From an uncultured Clostridia bacterium (GTDB lineage: Bacteria; Bacillota; Clostridia; TANB77; CAG-508), in assembly GCA_934120315.1 (NCBI GenBank), contig CAKOTX010000002.1, forward strand, positions 19,185 to 83,184: a DNA stretch of 64,000 nucleotides. The letters run 5' to 3'. Both the position numbers and the translations under genes were made by a program. The notes beneath the pieces are model-generated. The model was not told the DNA's origin and did not search any database. It was given only the letters and a program-made list of their open reading frames with translations. Positions 1 through 9,196 of this stretch are shown in pieces (the first letter of the stretch is position 1; every line of letters begins with the position of its first letter).

Positions 1-16
1 GGAATATAATAAAAAA

Positions 17-673
17 ATGCCAAGCCAATGGCAAATAAAATATAAAGAATTAACCTTTAATATAAAACCAATGGGATTTAAGCATACAGGATTATTTCCA
101 GAGCAGGCAGTTAATTGGGATTGGATGATGGATAAAATAAGAAATGCAAAAAGAGATATTAAAGTATTAAACTTATTTGCTTATACAGGTGGTGCAACAG
201 TAGCATGTGCTGCAGCAGGAGCATCAGTTTGTCATGTTGACAGTTCAAAAGGAATGGTTACATGGGCAAAAGAAAATATTGCTTCATCAGGATTAGCTGA
301 AAGACCAGTTAGATATATAGTAGATGATGTTGTAAAATTTGTGAATAGAGAAATTCGTAGAGGAAACAAATATGATGCAATAATAATGGACCCACCATCT
401 TATGGAAGGGGAGCAAATGGCGAAGTTTGGCAATTTGAAGACAATATATATGATTTAGTAGAATTATGTACAAAAGTTCTTTCAGATAATCCATTATTCT
501 TTTTAATAAATTCATATACAACAGGAATATCAAGTAAAGTATTAGAAAATATTTTAAATTTAACTGTTTCAAAAAATTACAAAGGCAAAGTTTCATCAGG
601 AGAAATTGGATTACCAATGGAAGAGTCAAAATTAATATTGCCATGTGGAATTTATGGACGTTGGGAGAATTAA
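17..673 (+). CDS. class I SAM-dependent RNA methyltransferase (RlmI/YwbD-like catalytic domain); possibly 5'-truncated by window edge
   Basis: Track ORF shows a Rossmann SAM-binding motif (VLNLFAYTGGATVACAAAGA) and a DPPSYG motif. The frame stays open back to position 2. The RBS before ATG17 is weak. Confidence 0.72.
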   Translation: MPSQWQIKYKELTFNIKPMGFKHTGLFPEQAVNWDWMMDKIRNAKRDIKVLNLFAYTGGATVACAAAGASVCHVDSSKGMVTWAKENIASSGLAERPVRYIVDDVVKFVNREIRRGNKYDAIIMDPPSYGRGANGEVWQFEDNIYDLVELCTKVLSDNPLFFLINSYTTGISSKVLENILNLTVSKNYKGKVSSGEIGLPMEESKLILPCGIYGRWEN

Positions 674-675
674 GA

Positions 676-1364
676 TGAACAAATTAAATGTAATATATGA
701 AGACAATCATATAATAGTAGTTGAAAAACAACCTAATATTCCATCACAAGCAGACAAAACAGAAGATTTAGATATGCTTACAATTATAAAAGATTATTTA
801 AAAGAAAAATATAATAAACCTGGAAATGTTTATTTGGGACTAGTGCATAGATTAGATAGGCCTGTTGGAGGTGTTATGGTATTTGCAAAAACATCAAAAG
901 CAGCATCAAGATTAAGTGATCAAGTAAGAGAAAAAATATTTAAGAAAAAATATTTAGCTGTTGTAGATGGAAAGTTTGAAACAACACAAGGAACACTAGA
1001 AGATTATTTATATAAAGATGAAAGAAACAACATGAGTAAAGTTGTAAATAAAGACAAGAAAAACGCAAAATTAGCTAAATTGGATTATGAAGTTCTTGCA
1101 TATAATGAAGTTAAAAATTTATCATTAGTGAGAGTGAACTTGCATACAGGAAGACATCATCAAATAAGAGTTCAACTTTCACATGCTGGACATAGCATAT
1201 TTGGTGATCAAAAATATGGGGCTAGGGGTCAAGGAAAGCAAATAGCACTATGGGCATATGAACTTACGATTCAACATCCTATTACAAAGGAAGAAATGAC
1301 ATTTAAATGTTTGCCAGAAAGTAATGGGACTTGGTGTATTTTAAGAGATATAGAAAATATATGA
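676..1364 (+). CDS. RluA-family 23S/tRNA pseudouridine synthase
   Basis: HRLDRPVGGVMVFAKT catalytic-Asp motif. GGGAGAA RBS 5 nt before ATG676. The track start at 645 overlaps the upstream gene, so the downstream ATG is preferred. Confidence 0.85.
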
Positions 1365-1365
1365 A

Positions 1366-1398
1366 AAAAGAGTAATATGAAGTTACTCTTTTTTTTAT
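1366..1398 (+). terminator. rho-independent terminator after rluA-like gene
   Basis: AAGAGTAA-N7-TTACTCTT stem followed by a T8 run. Confidence 0.7.
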
Positions 1399-1529
1399 GA
1401 AAATTGAAAAAATATATATGAAAATCATTAACTCAAGTTTTATAAAATAAAAAGATAATTTTGCAAATAAAATAAGCAAAGAAAAAATTAAAATGGTAAA
1501 TTATATTTGTACACAAGATAAGTTGTGAG

Positions 1530-2150
1530 GTGATAAATGTGATAGATAAGTTCTGTGCATATTTAACCAATAAAATTCGAAAAGAAATGCCTGAAATAGA
1601 TGACGAACGAGCGGAAATAATAATGTATGGACTACAAAACTTAATAGGAGAGTTACCAAAAGGAATAATAATTTTGATAATTGCGTATTTCTTAGGAATA
1701 TTTAAACTAACATTAATATCAATGTTTATAATTGCACCATATAGATGCTTCTCTGGTGGAGTACATATGAAAACACATATGGGATGTATTATATATACAT
1801 TAATTTTGTATAGTGGTTCAGCGTTATTAGGAAAGTATATTGTTTTATCAGGGATGATGAAATATTTGCTTGCGTGTTTAGTTTGGAGTTTTAGCATTAT
1901 AATGATAAAATTATATGCTCCAGCAGATACAGAAAATGTTCCGATTCTTAGCAAAAAAGAAAGAAAACAAAAACAATTATTTTCATATATTGTTTTAACT
2001 CTAGAAATTATTATAGCAATAATGATTAATAATTCAACAATTGCTGGAATAATAATATTTGGAGATTTTATACAAACTTTAACAATAACAAGAATTGCAT
2101 ATAAAATTACGAAAAATAAATATGGACATGAAGTATATGCAAATATTTAA
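1530..2150 (+). CDS. agrB: accessory gene regulator B (AgrB) membrane peptidase that processes the AgrD propeptide
   Basis: About 200-aa polytopic membrane protein with the AgrB catalytic His/Cys region (YRCFSGGVHMKTHMGC). Immediately followed by an agrD-like peptide gene. GTG start per track; an alternative GTG lies at 1539. Confidence 0.85.
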   Translation: MINVIDKFCAYLTNKIRKEMPEIDDERAEIIMYGLQNLIGELPKGIIILIIAYFLGIFKLTLISMFIIAPYRCFSGGVHMKTHMGCIIYTLILYSGSALLGKYIVLSGMMKYLLACLVWSFSIIMIKLYAPADTENVPILSKKERKQKQLFSYIVLTLEIIIAIMINNSTIAGIIIFGDFIQTLTITRIAYKITKNKYGHEVYANI

Positions 2151-2221
2151 TTAGATAATGTAGGAGTTTTTTGCAACTACTCCTGTATTATAATTCTTTA
2201 CAAAAGAAGGGGGAATTAATT

Positions 2222-2341
2222 ATGATGAAATTCTTAGCAAAAATTGCAGAAAAATATGCAAAAGCTACAAATACAGCATGTGCAGCTTTATGGTGGGGAC
2301 ATCAACCCAAAATGCCAGCATCATTAATTAAAAAAGATTAA
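2222..2341 (+). CDS. agrD: AgrD-like autoinducing peptide precursor (39 aa, MMKFLAKIAEKYAKATNTACAALWWGHQPKMPASLIKKD)
   Basis: Not in the ORF track (under 60 aa). AAGGGGG RBS 8 nt upstream. C-x6-HQP-x2-P-x-SL pattern resembles clostridial AgrD. Sits 71 nt downstream of agrB. Confidence 0.75.
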   Translation: MMKFLAKIAEKYAKATNTACAALWWGHQPKMPASLIKKD

Positions 2342-2384
2342 TTCTTGAAGAGAAAATGTTCTTAAACATTAAAATCAATTCAAA

Positions 2385-2415
2385 GAAAAGAACTTCTATA
2401 TGAAGTTCTTTTTTG
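2385..2415. terminator. bidirectional terminator between agrBD and the convergent kinase gene
   Basis: AAAGAACTTC-tatat-GAAGTTCTTT perfect stem with an A-run on one side and a T-run on the other. Confidence 0.7.
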
Positions 2416-2457
2416 CGGGGAAATATAAAGAAAAAGAAGTAGAAAACTACTTCTTAA

Positions 2458-3828
2458 TTATAAATCATATACAGATAATTCTTGTTTGAAGAAATGTTCA
2501 TCTTTACTAGTAAATAAATCTAAGTTATTGCTTTTTCTTACATAATTGCGAATTTCCCATAAGCCAATACCAAAGTGATTTTCTTTACCAGATTCACCTT
2601 TTTGAAATATTTTTTCAATATCAACATTTTTATTTCTATATGTGTTTTTTACAGTTATTACAGCTCTATTATTTTTGTTTTCTCTTAAGAATGATACTTT
2701 TACTATTTTTTCATCACATTTTTCAGCTTCTTCTATAGCATTGTCGAGTAAAATTCCAATTGCTCTAGAAAATTTGTACATATTAACATTTAATGTATCA
2801 AGATTTAGAAAAAATTCTAGATCAAAAGTAATACCAAGGTTGGCGGCTTTAAAATATTTATTGTTTAATAAACTATATATCCCAGGATTATTTATGATAT
2901 GAGGATTTACTAAAGATAAATTATTAGTTATTTTACAATCAGCTTTTATTTCTTTAAAGTAACGTTTTAATCCAGGCATATCATTATTTTCTATAAATCC
3001 ATCTAATGTTGAAACAATATTATCAAAATCATGTTTATAACCTTTTACTTTATCATATAAGATTTCTAGTGATTTTGTATAGTCTTCAGCACATTCTAGA
3101 CTTTTTGTTGTGTTAGCAAGTTTAATTATACGAAAAAAACTATGACAACTTAATGTTAGAAAGGCTACCAGCAGTATGAAATTAAGAATACTAATGGTAA
3201 GAGGAACTATATTTATATAAAATGCTGTTGTTATTAATTGTGTACATATTGTGACAAAACCAGTAAATATATTTATTATTAATAATCGAGATGTACTTTT
3301 ATCTAATGCATCAAGTTGAGATAAATCAAAATTTAATTTTTTGAATTTTTTTAACTGTTTTATTGTAATAATTACTACAAACATGCAAAAGTATAGGATT
3401 GAAAGGTATAAAACTCTATATATAGGAGTGCTTATAAATACATTAGAATTTATATTAAAAATAGTTAAATATGTATTTTGTAATAAAGTATTTAATAACC
3501 CAAATATGAAACTAGGCACAAAAAGCGAAAATAAACTTTTTACAATGTTAAGTTTAAATAATTTGTATATTAATATAAGAATACAAGTATAATTTAAAAT
3601 AACATTAAAAGGAGATTGTATGTAAGCTTGACTAATAATACTTACAATAGAATTTATTACAACATAAATAGATTTTTCTTTAGTAGAAGCATTTACATTA
3701 AATAAATTTAGGAAAACTTGCATAAATAGATAATGCTCAATGAAAGTTGCTGGTATTAGCAATATATTAACAAGTTCTATGTTTTGACTGTTTAAAGCAT
3801 TCCAAATATTACTTAAAAATTGTATCAT
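2458..3828 (-). CDS. AgrC/VirS-type (HPK10) membrane sensor histidine kinase
   Basis: Hydrophobic N-terminal half with several predicted TM helices. C-terminal GHKL ATPase (ILLDNAIEEA N-box, HFGIGLWEI G-box). Forms an operon with a LytTR regulator. Confidence 0.8.
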   Translation of the reverse strand: MIQFLSNIWNALNSQNIELVNILLIPATFIEHYLFMQVFLNLFNVNASTKEKSIYVVINSIVSIISQAYIQSPFNVILNYTCILILIYKLFKLNIVKSLFSLFVPSFIFGLLNTLLQNTYLTIFNINSNVFISTPIYRVLYLSILYFCMFVVIITIKQLKKFKKLNFDLSQLDALDKSTSRLLIINIFTGFVTICTQLITTAFYINIVPLTISILNFILLVAFLTLSCHSFFRIIKLANTTKSLECAEDYTKSLEILYDKVKGYKHDFDNIVSTLDGFIENNDMPGLKRYFKEIKADCKITNNLSLVNPHIINNPGIYSLLNNKYFKAANLGITFDLEFFLNLDTLNVNMYKFSRAIGILLDNAIEEAEKCDEKIVKVSFLRENKNNRAVITVKNTYRNKNVDIEKIFQKGESGKENHFGIGLWEIRNYVRKSNNLDLFTSKDEHFFKQELSVYDL

Positions 3829-4528
3829 AATTAACTACCTCCATAAAGTGATTTTTATATTTTGGACCAATATAGCAAACTTCATTGTTTTTAAATGTTA
3901 TTGAATTATTTGAAAAAGATATATTGACAATATTATCTATATTGGCAATGAATGATTTGTGACATCTTACGAAATTTCGCGGCAAGTTGTTTTCGATTTT
4001 AGAGAATGAACTATAAGTATCAAAATTTCCTCTTGGTGTATGATATATAAGTTTCATTCCATATTTTTCAATAAATTGAATTTCGTTAAAATCAATAAAA
4101 GTTCCTTTACTATCAATTTTAAAAAATTTTTTTGTTGTTCCTGAAACATCTTCAAAAAGCCTTGTTAAAGTATTCGAAAGAGATCCAACGCTTATAGAAT
4201 TCTTGAATAGATATGCAAAAGTTTTACAGTCATAGGCTTCCATTAAGTATTCAAAGTGGCTTGTAATAAAAATAATATAACAGTTTTTATTAACTTTTCG
4301 AATTTCTCTAGCAATGTCTAATCCATTTAAATTAGAATTTTTGAACTCAATATCTAAAACAATTACATCTACAATATTAGAGTCCATAAAAGAGATTACT
4401 TCTTTATAGTCAGAAGTTTTCAAAACGATTTGAGCATCAAAATCATTTTTAACAAAAGTTTTTTCAAACAAAATAGAAAGTTTGTTAAGCATATTGTTTT
4501 CGTCATCACAAAGTACAAAATTCATCAT
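3809..4528 (-). CDS. LytTR-family response regulator (AgrA-like)
   Basis: N-terminal REC domain (VLCDDE...VLDIEF...D) and C-terminal LytTR DNA-binding domain. Its 3' end overlaps the kinase gene by 20 nt. Confidence 0.85.
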   Translation of the reverse strand: MMNFVLCDDENNMLNKLSILFEKTFVKNDFDAQIVLKTSDYKEVISFMDSNIVDVIVLDIEFKNSNLNGLDIAREIRKVNKNCYIIFITSHFEYLMEAYDCKTFAYLFKNSISVGSLSNTLTRLFEDVSGTTKKFFKIDSKGTFIDFNEIQFIEKYGMKLIYHTPRGNFDTYSSFSKIENNLPRNFVRCHKSFIANIDNIVNISFSNNSITFKNNEVCYIGPKYKNHFMEVVNYDTIFK

Positions 4529-4796
4529 ATGTATTCCTCCATTCTACATTAATTTACATTTTTTTCAAAAAACATAGAATTAATATAAATCAAAAATTTG
4601 AACTTGTCAATAGGCTTTATGTAGATATGAAAAAAATTGTATACTATGATATGAGTGCTTTTCCAATTTATTAAATTCAAATGAAAAATATAAGAGAAAA
4701 AATAAAATATCCTAAAAAAAATATACAATTGTAAAAAAATGTATGTAAAATAATGTTACAAAAATATTACTTTTTTATGACATTTATGTTATTTTG

Positions 4797-4825
4797 TTGA
4801 AATGAATACTAGATAAAAGTATAAT
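4797..4825 (+). promoter_or_regulatory. sigma-A type promoter for the protease gene (TTGAAA-17-TATAAT)
   Basis: -35 at 4797-4802, 17-nt spacer, -10 at 4820-4825. Lies about 30 nt upstream of the RBS. Confidence 0.5.
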
Positions 4826-4857
4826 AAAATCGAAGTAGTATATTATAGGAGACACAT

Positions 4858-7800
4858 ATGAAAAGAAAATTAAAAAAAGCATTTCTTCTAATGTTTTTAT
4901 TAATAATGATTTCAATTCCAATATATGCAAAAGAAATAGATGCTGAAGTTGTTGGAGTGGAAAAGTCTAAGGCATTTGAAGAATGGGAAAATTTAGATGA
5001 AAAAGATAGAACAAATAGTATAGAACCATCTTATTATAGTGTTGATATAAAAGACAGTATAAAAAGATCTGTGTATAATAGTTTATTGGATACTAATGAT
5101 ACAATAAGCAAAAGTTATGACTTAAGAAATGAAATAAATAATATAAAAGTTAAGAATCAGAAAAAGGTAGGAGCATGTTGGGCATTTTCTTTTACATCAA
5201 TGCTAGAAACAACTTTGGCACATAAATATAATATTACCCAAAGAGAATATTCACCAATGCACATTGAATATACATGTGCAAGACTTTATAATAGAATTCT
5301 TGGAGGTAATGGAACAAGACTAATGTCACTTGCCTATGCAACAGGAGGATATGGACCAGTCTATGAAAGCGATTTTTCATTTGAAAGTGTATATGATGAA
5401 AAAAATAATGATGCATCACAATATTATTTAACAGATTTAGATAATGTAAATTTAGAACAAAAAGTTAGAGCAAGAGTTACAGATTCTATTATATTTGCTA
5501 ATATAAGTAAAAAATATGATACTAATGGTGAAGTTACATATAACAATTCACAAGATACTTCTAAGACATATTCAAAAGAAGAAGTTGAAGTAATAAGAAA
5601 ATTAATAAAAAATCAAATAAAAGAAAATGGAGCTGTATCTGCAATTTTTTATTCAGATATTGGAGTTACATCTAATAGAGTATATATAAGTGCTAATAAT
5701 TATTATAATTCACAAACAAAAGCTTTTTATTGTGATAATGGTACAATACAAGCCAATCATGCTGTTACAATAGTTGGGTGGGATGACACATATTCGAAAG
5801 AAAATTTTCCGCAAAATCATCAACCAATAAATGATGGGGCATATATTGTATTAAATTCTTGGGGAGAAGAATTTGGAGAAAGTGGATATTTTTATGTATC
5901 ATATGATGATAGTTGTATTGAAAGAGAAATATCAGCAATTAAAGAGATAAAAACATATAATAATGAGATGAATGAAAATGTTTATCAATATGATGAACTT
6001 GGAGTAAGCTATGGAATATCTTTAACTGGGGCTAATGGAAAATATTTAACATCTGTAGAAGCAGCAAATGTTTTTGATAGAAAAGATACTAGTAAAAAAG
6101 AGTATTTAACAGAAGTTGGAATAGGATTAATGTCAACTGAGGGAATAGAAATTTATGTAAATTCACAAGACGGTGATGTTAAAAACGCTAATACATTAGT
6201 TGCGACAGCTACAGGAACAAATGCCTTAGAAAGTGGATATCATTCTTTAAAATTAGCAAATTCAATTGAACTAACAGGAGAAAAATTTGTAATAAAAGTT
6301 AAATATATAAATGAAGAATTCCCAATTATACCACTAGAAATGAATATGGAAGCAAATGGTATAATTACTAAAACATCAAGTTTTTATAATAGTGCAACTT
6401 CAAACAAAGGTGAAAGTTATATATTACGTAAAGGAACGACATGGACTGATATTACAGATATGTCAATGGGTGGTAAAAAAATAAAAAATACTAATGCATG
6501 TATAAAAGGATTTTCAATAGTTCAAGATGAAACACCAACAATTAATGTAGAAGAAATAAGAGTGAATAAAACTAATGAAAAAATATTTGTAGGAGAAAGT
6601 TTTACATTAACAGCAACAGTATTACCAGAGAATGCAACTAACAAAGACATAAAATGGGTAAGCTCAGATGAACAAATTGCAATTGTAGAAAACGGAGTTG
6701 TAAAAGGAATAAAAGCAGGAATAGCTACAATAAAGGCAATATCAAGTGATGAAAATAAAATAGCAGAATGTCAAGTTACAGTAAAAAAACAAGAGGTAAA
6801 TGTTACAGAAATTAAGATAGTACCAGCTTCAGGAAAAATAATAGAAGGAGGAAAATTAAGTTTGTCAGCCAAAATACTTCCTGAAAATACTACAAATAAA
6901 AATATAAAATGGAGTAGTTCTAATATTAATGTTGCAACAGTAAAAGATGGAATTGTAACTGCAATTTCTGCTGGAACTGCAACGATAACAGCAATATCAG
7001 AAGATGGAGCTAAATATGGAACATCAGAAATAACAGTTGAGAAAAAAGAAGAAAATCCTAAAGTAAGTGTAGATAGTGTAAAATTAACATTACAAAAAAC
7101 AAAAATAAAAATTGGAGACAAAACAACACTTCAGGCTGTTGTAGAACCAGAAAATGCAACTAATAAAAAAATAAAATGGATAAGTTCAAATCCAGAGGTA
7201 GCAACAGTAAAAGATGGGATTGTAACTGCAATTTCTGCTGGGACTGCACAGATAAGTGTAACAACAGAAGATGGTAATAAAACTGCAACATGTGAGGTCA
7301 TAGTCGAAAAAGTAATAAATGTATCAGAAATTGAAATTTCTTATAATACTAAAACAATAAATACTGGTGAAAGATTTAATCTAGACGCCAAAATAACTCC
7401 GCAAAATGCAACTAATAAAAAAATAATATGGACAAGTTCAAATATAAGTGTAGCAACGGTAAAAAATGGCGAAGTTATTGGAGTTTCAAACGGAACGGCT
7501 TTAATTACAGCAACAACAGAAGATGGAAACAAAACAGCAACATGTTTAGTAACAGTAAAGAATAGTAATGATGTAAGTGTTAAAGGAATAGAATTAGATA
7601 AAAAAGAAATATCAATGCAAATAAATGATCAGACAAATTTAGTTGCGACAATAAAACCTTATAATGCAACTAATAAAGAAGTGAAATGGGAAAGCTCAGA
7701 TGAAAACATTGCAGTTGTATCAAAAGATGGAATTATAACAGCAGTTTCAGAAGGGACAGCAACAATAAAAGTAACTGCAATAGATGGAAAATATACAGAG

Positions 7801-8037
7801 ACATGTAAGGTTACAGTAAATCCTAAGACAAATACAGCAGATGATATTTATAAAGAGCAAGAATCAGGTTCAGAATTTATAAAAAATGAATCAGGAGTTT
7901 CAAAAGATACTACAGTTTCAAATAAAAATATTCCATATGCTGGAGAGGCAATTAGAATAATAATTAGCATATTTATTGGAGCAATAATTGTAGGAATAAT
8001 ATTAAAGAGGTGTATAGACCTAAAAGATATAAAATAG
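4858..8037 (+). CDS. secreted papain-like (C1 family) cysteine protease with six Big_2 Ig-like repeats and a C-terminal membrane anchor
   Basis: Signal peptide present. Catalytic Cys motif QKKVGACWAFS, His motif NHAVTIVGWDD and the NSWGEEFGESGYFYVSYDD segment. Repeated Big_2-like units of roughly 90 aa (...ATIKAISSDENKIAECQVTV...). Terminal hydrophobic helix followed by KR. Confidence 0.8.
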   Translation: MKRKLKKAFLLMFLLIMISIPIYAKEIDAEVVGVEKSKAFEEWENLDEKDRTNSIEPSYYSVDIKDSIKRSVYNSLLDTNDTISKSYDLRNEINNIKVKNQKKVGACWAFSFTSMLETTLAHKYNITQREYSPMHIEYTCARLYNRILGGNGTRLMSLAYATGGYGPVYESDFSFESVYDEKNNDASQYYLTDLDNVNLEQKVRARVTDSIIFANISKKYDTNGEVTYNNSQDTSKTYSKEEVEVIRKLIKNQIKENGAVSAIFYSDIGVTSNRVYISANNYYNSQTKAFYCDNGTIQANHAVTIVGWDDTYSKENFPQNHQPINDGAYIVLNSWGEEFGESGYFYVSYDDSCIEREISAIKEIKTYNNEMNENVYQYDELGVSYGISLTGANGKYLTSVEAANVFDRKDTSKKEYLTEVGIGLMSTEGIEIYVNSQDGDVKNANTLVATATGTNALESGYHSLKLANSIELTGEKFVIKVKYINEEFPIIPLEMNMEANGIITKTSSFYNSATSNKGESYILRKGTTWTDITDMSMGGKKIKNTNACIKGFSIVQDETPTINVEEIRVNKTNEKIFVGESFTLTATVLPENATNKDIKWVSSDEQIAIVENGVVKGIKAGIATIKAISSDENKIAECQVTVKKQEVNVTEIKIVPASGKIIEGGKLSLSAKILPENTTNKNIKWSSSNINVATVKDGIVTAISAGTATITAISEDGAKYGTSEITVEKKEENPKVSVDSVKLTLQKTKIKIGDKTTLQAVVEPENATNKKIKWISSNPEVATVKDGIVTAISAGTAQISVTTEDGNKTATCEVIVEKVINVSEIEISYNTKTINTGERFNLDAKITPQNATNKKIIWTSSNISVATVKNGEVIGVSNGTALITATTEDGNKTATCLVTVKNSNDVSVKGIELDKKEISMQINDQTNLVATIKPYNATNKEVKWESSDENIAVVSKDGIITAVSEGTATIKVTAIDGKYTETCKVTVNPKTNTADDIYKEQESGSEFIKNESGVSKDTTVSNKNIPYAGEAIRIIISIFIGAIIVGIILKRCIDLKDIK

Positions 8038-8066
8038 AAGCTTTAAATCAAAGCTTCTATTTTTTG
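8035..8066 (+). terminator. rho-independent terminator after protease gene
   Basis: TAGAAGCTTT-aaatc-AAAGCTTCTA perfect 10-bp stem followed by T6. Confidence 0.75.
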
Positions 8067-8128
8067 CATTTATATAAGTAATAATAGTTGGTGTATAAAC
8101 ATAAGATTTAAGAGAAAAGAGGTAGAGA

Positions 8129-8920
8129 ATGAAAGAAAAGAAAACAACGATTATAATATCAGTAATGATAATTGCAATATTTACTATTAGTATATTAGCA
8201 ATGAATGAAAGTGTAATTACTACAAGTGCAAGAGATAGCAAAACAATTGGCTGGGGAATAAAAAGAGCAAATAATAATTTACAACCAGATGTTGGGCAAG
8301 AAAATAGAAAAATGCTAGAAGAAAATGGTGGAATATGTTTAGGAAAAGATACAGAGAAAATAATATATTTGACTTTTGATGAAGGATATGAGGCTGGTTA
8401 TACAGAAAAAATTTTAAATGTATTAAAAGAAAATGAAGTAAAAGCAACTTTCTTTATTACGTCACATTATTTAAATACTGCATCAGAATTAGTTGAAAGA
8501 ATGATAACAGAAGGACATATTGTGGGAAATCATACATGTTCACATCCAAGTTTGCCAAGCAAGACAAATGATGAAATAGAAAGTGAATTAATGAAATTGC
8601 ATAAAGCAGTGTTTGAAAAATTTAATTATGAAATGAAATATATGCGTCCTCCCAAAGGAGAGTTTAATGAGAGGACATTAAAAAAGACACAAGAATTAGG
8701 ATATAAAACTGTTATGTGGAGTTTTGCATATTTTGATTGGGATGAGAAAAAACAACCATCAGTTGAAGAAAGCAAAAAAATAATTATTAATAATTTACAT
8801 TGTGGAGAAATCATGTTATTACATCCAAATTCAAAAACAAATTCACAAGTTTTAGAAGATGTTATAAAAGAAGCAAAAAAACAAGGGTATGAATTTAAAA
8901 CATTAGATGAATTTAAATAG
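8129..8920 (+). CDS. pdaA: polysaccharide deacetylase (NodB domain), PdaA-like sporulation cortex delta-lactam deacetylase
   Basis: NodB motifs TFDEGY (motif 1) and HTCSHP (motif 2). N-terminal TM/signal segment. Located next to yqfCD. Confidence 0.75.
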   Translation: MKEKKTTIIISVMIIAIFTISILAMNESVITTSARDSKTIGWGIKRANNNLQPDVGQENRKMLEENGGICLGKDTEKIIYLTFDEGYEAGYTEKILNVLKENEVKATFFITSHYLNTASELVERMITEGHIVGNHTCSHPSLPSKTNDEIESELMKLHKAVFEKFNYEMKYMRPPKGEFNERTLKKTQELGYKTVMWSFAYFDWDEKKQPSVEESKKIIINNLHCGEIMLLHPNSKTNSQVLEDVIKEAKKQGYEFKTLDEFK

Positions 8921-8932
8921 TGGGAGGAAAAG

Positions 8933-9196
8933 ATGAGAAAAAGAATAGATAAAATATTAGAAATGCCAGCAGAAGTATGTACAAATGCTCCAAAGCTTAC
9001 AATTATTGGCTTTGATGAAGTAATACTTGAAAATTATAAAGGAATATTGGAATATGAAGAATTTTTTGCAAGTATAAGCACATATGCAGGAGTGGTAAAC
9101 ATAAACGGATTTAATTTGAATCTCGAGAAAATGACAAATGATGATATAAAAATTACAGGAAAAATCGAAAATATAGAATTAGAAAGGACACAATAA
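8933..9196 (+). CDS. yqfC: sporulation protein YqfC (YabP family)
   Basis: About 87 aa with the YabP/YqfC-like sequence. Translationally coupled to yqfD. Confidence 0.8.
   Translation: MRKRIDKILEMPAEVCTNAPKLTIIGFDEVILENYKGILEYEEFFASISTYAGVVNINGFNLNLEKMTNDDIKITGKIENIELERTQ

Noticed and set aside
309-644. Antisense 111-aa ORF inside the methyltransferase gene, and similar antisense ORFs inside agrB (1433-1954), the HK, r-protein genes and others
   Set aside because: They fully overlap well-supported genes on the opposite strand. They have Leu/Ile/Phe-rich AT-driven composition and no RBS.
1399-1529. LytTR (AgrA-type) 9-12-9 direct-repeat boxes in the agrB promoter region
   Set aside because: No convincing imperfect direct repeats with 21-bp periodicity in this AT-rich stretch. 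They cannot be called by eye.
2151-2221. Weak hairpin (AGGAGT...ACTCCT) between agrB and agrD as an internal terminator
   Set aside because: Imperfect stem with no U-tract. agrBD are most likely co-transcribed.
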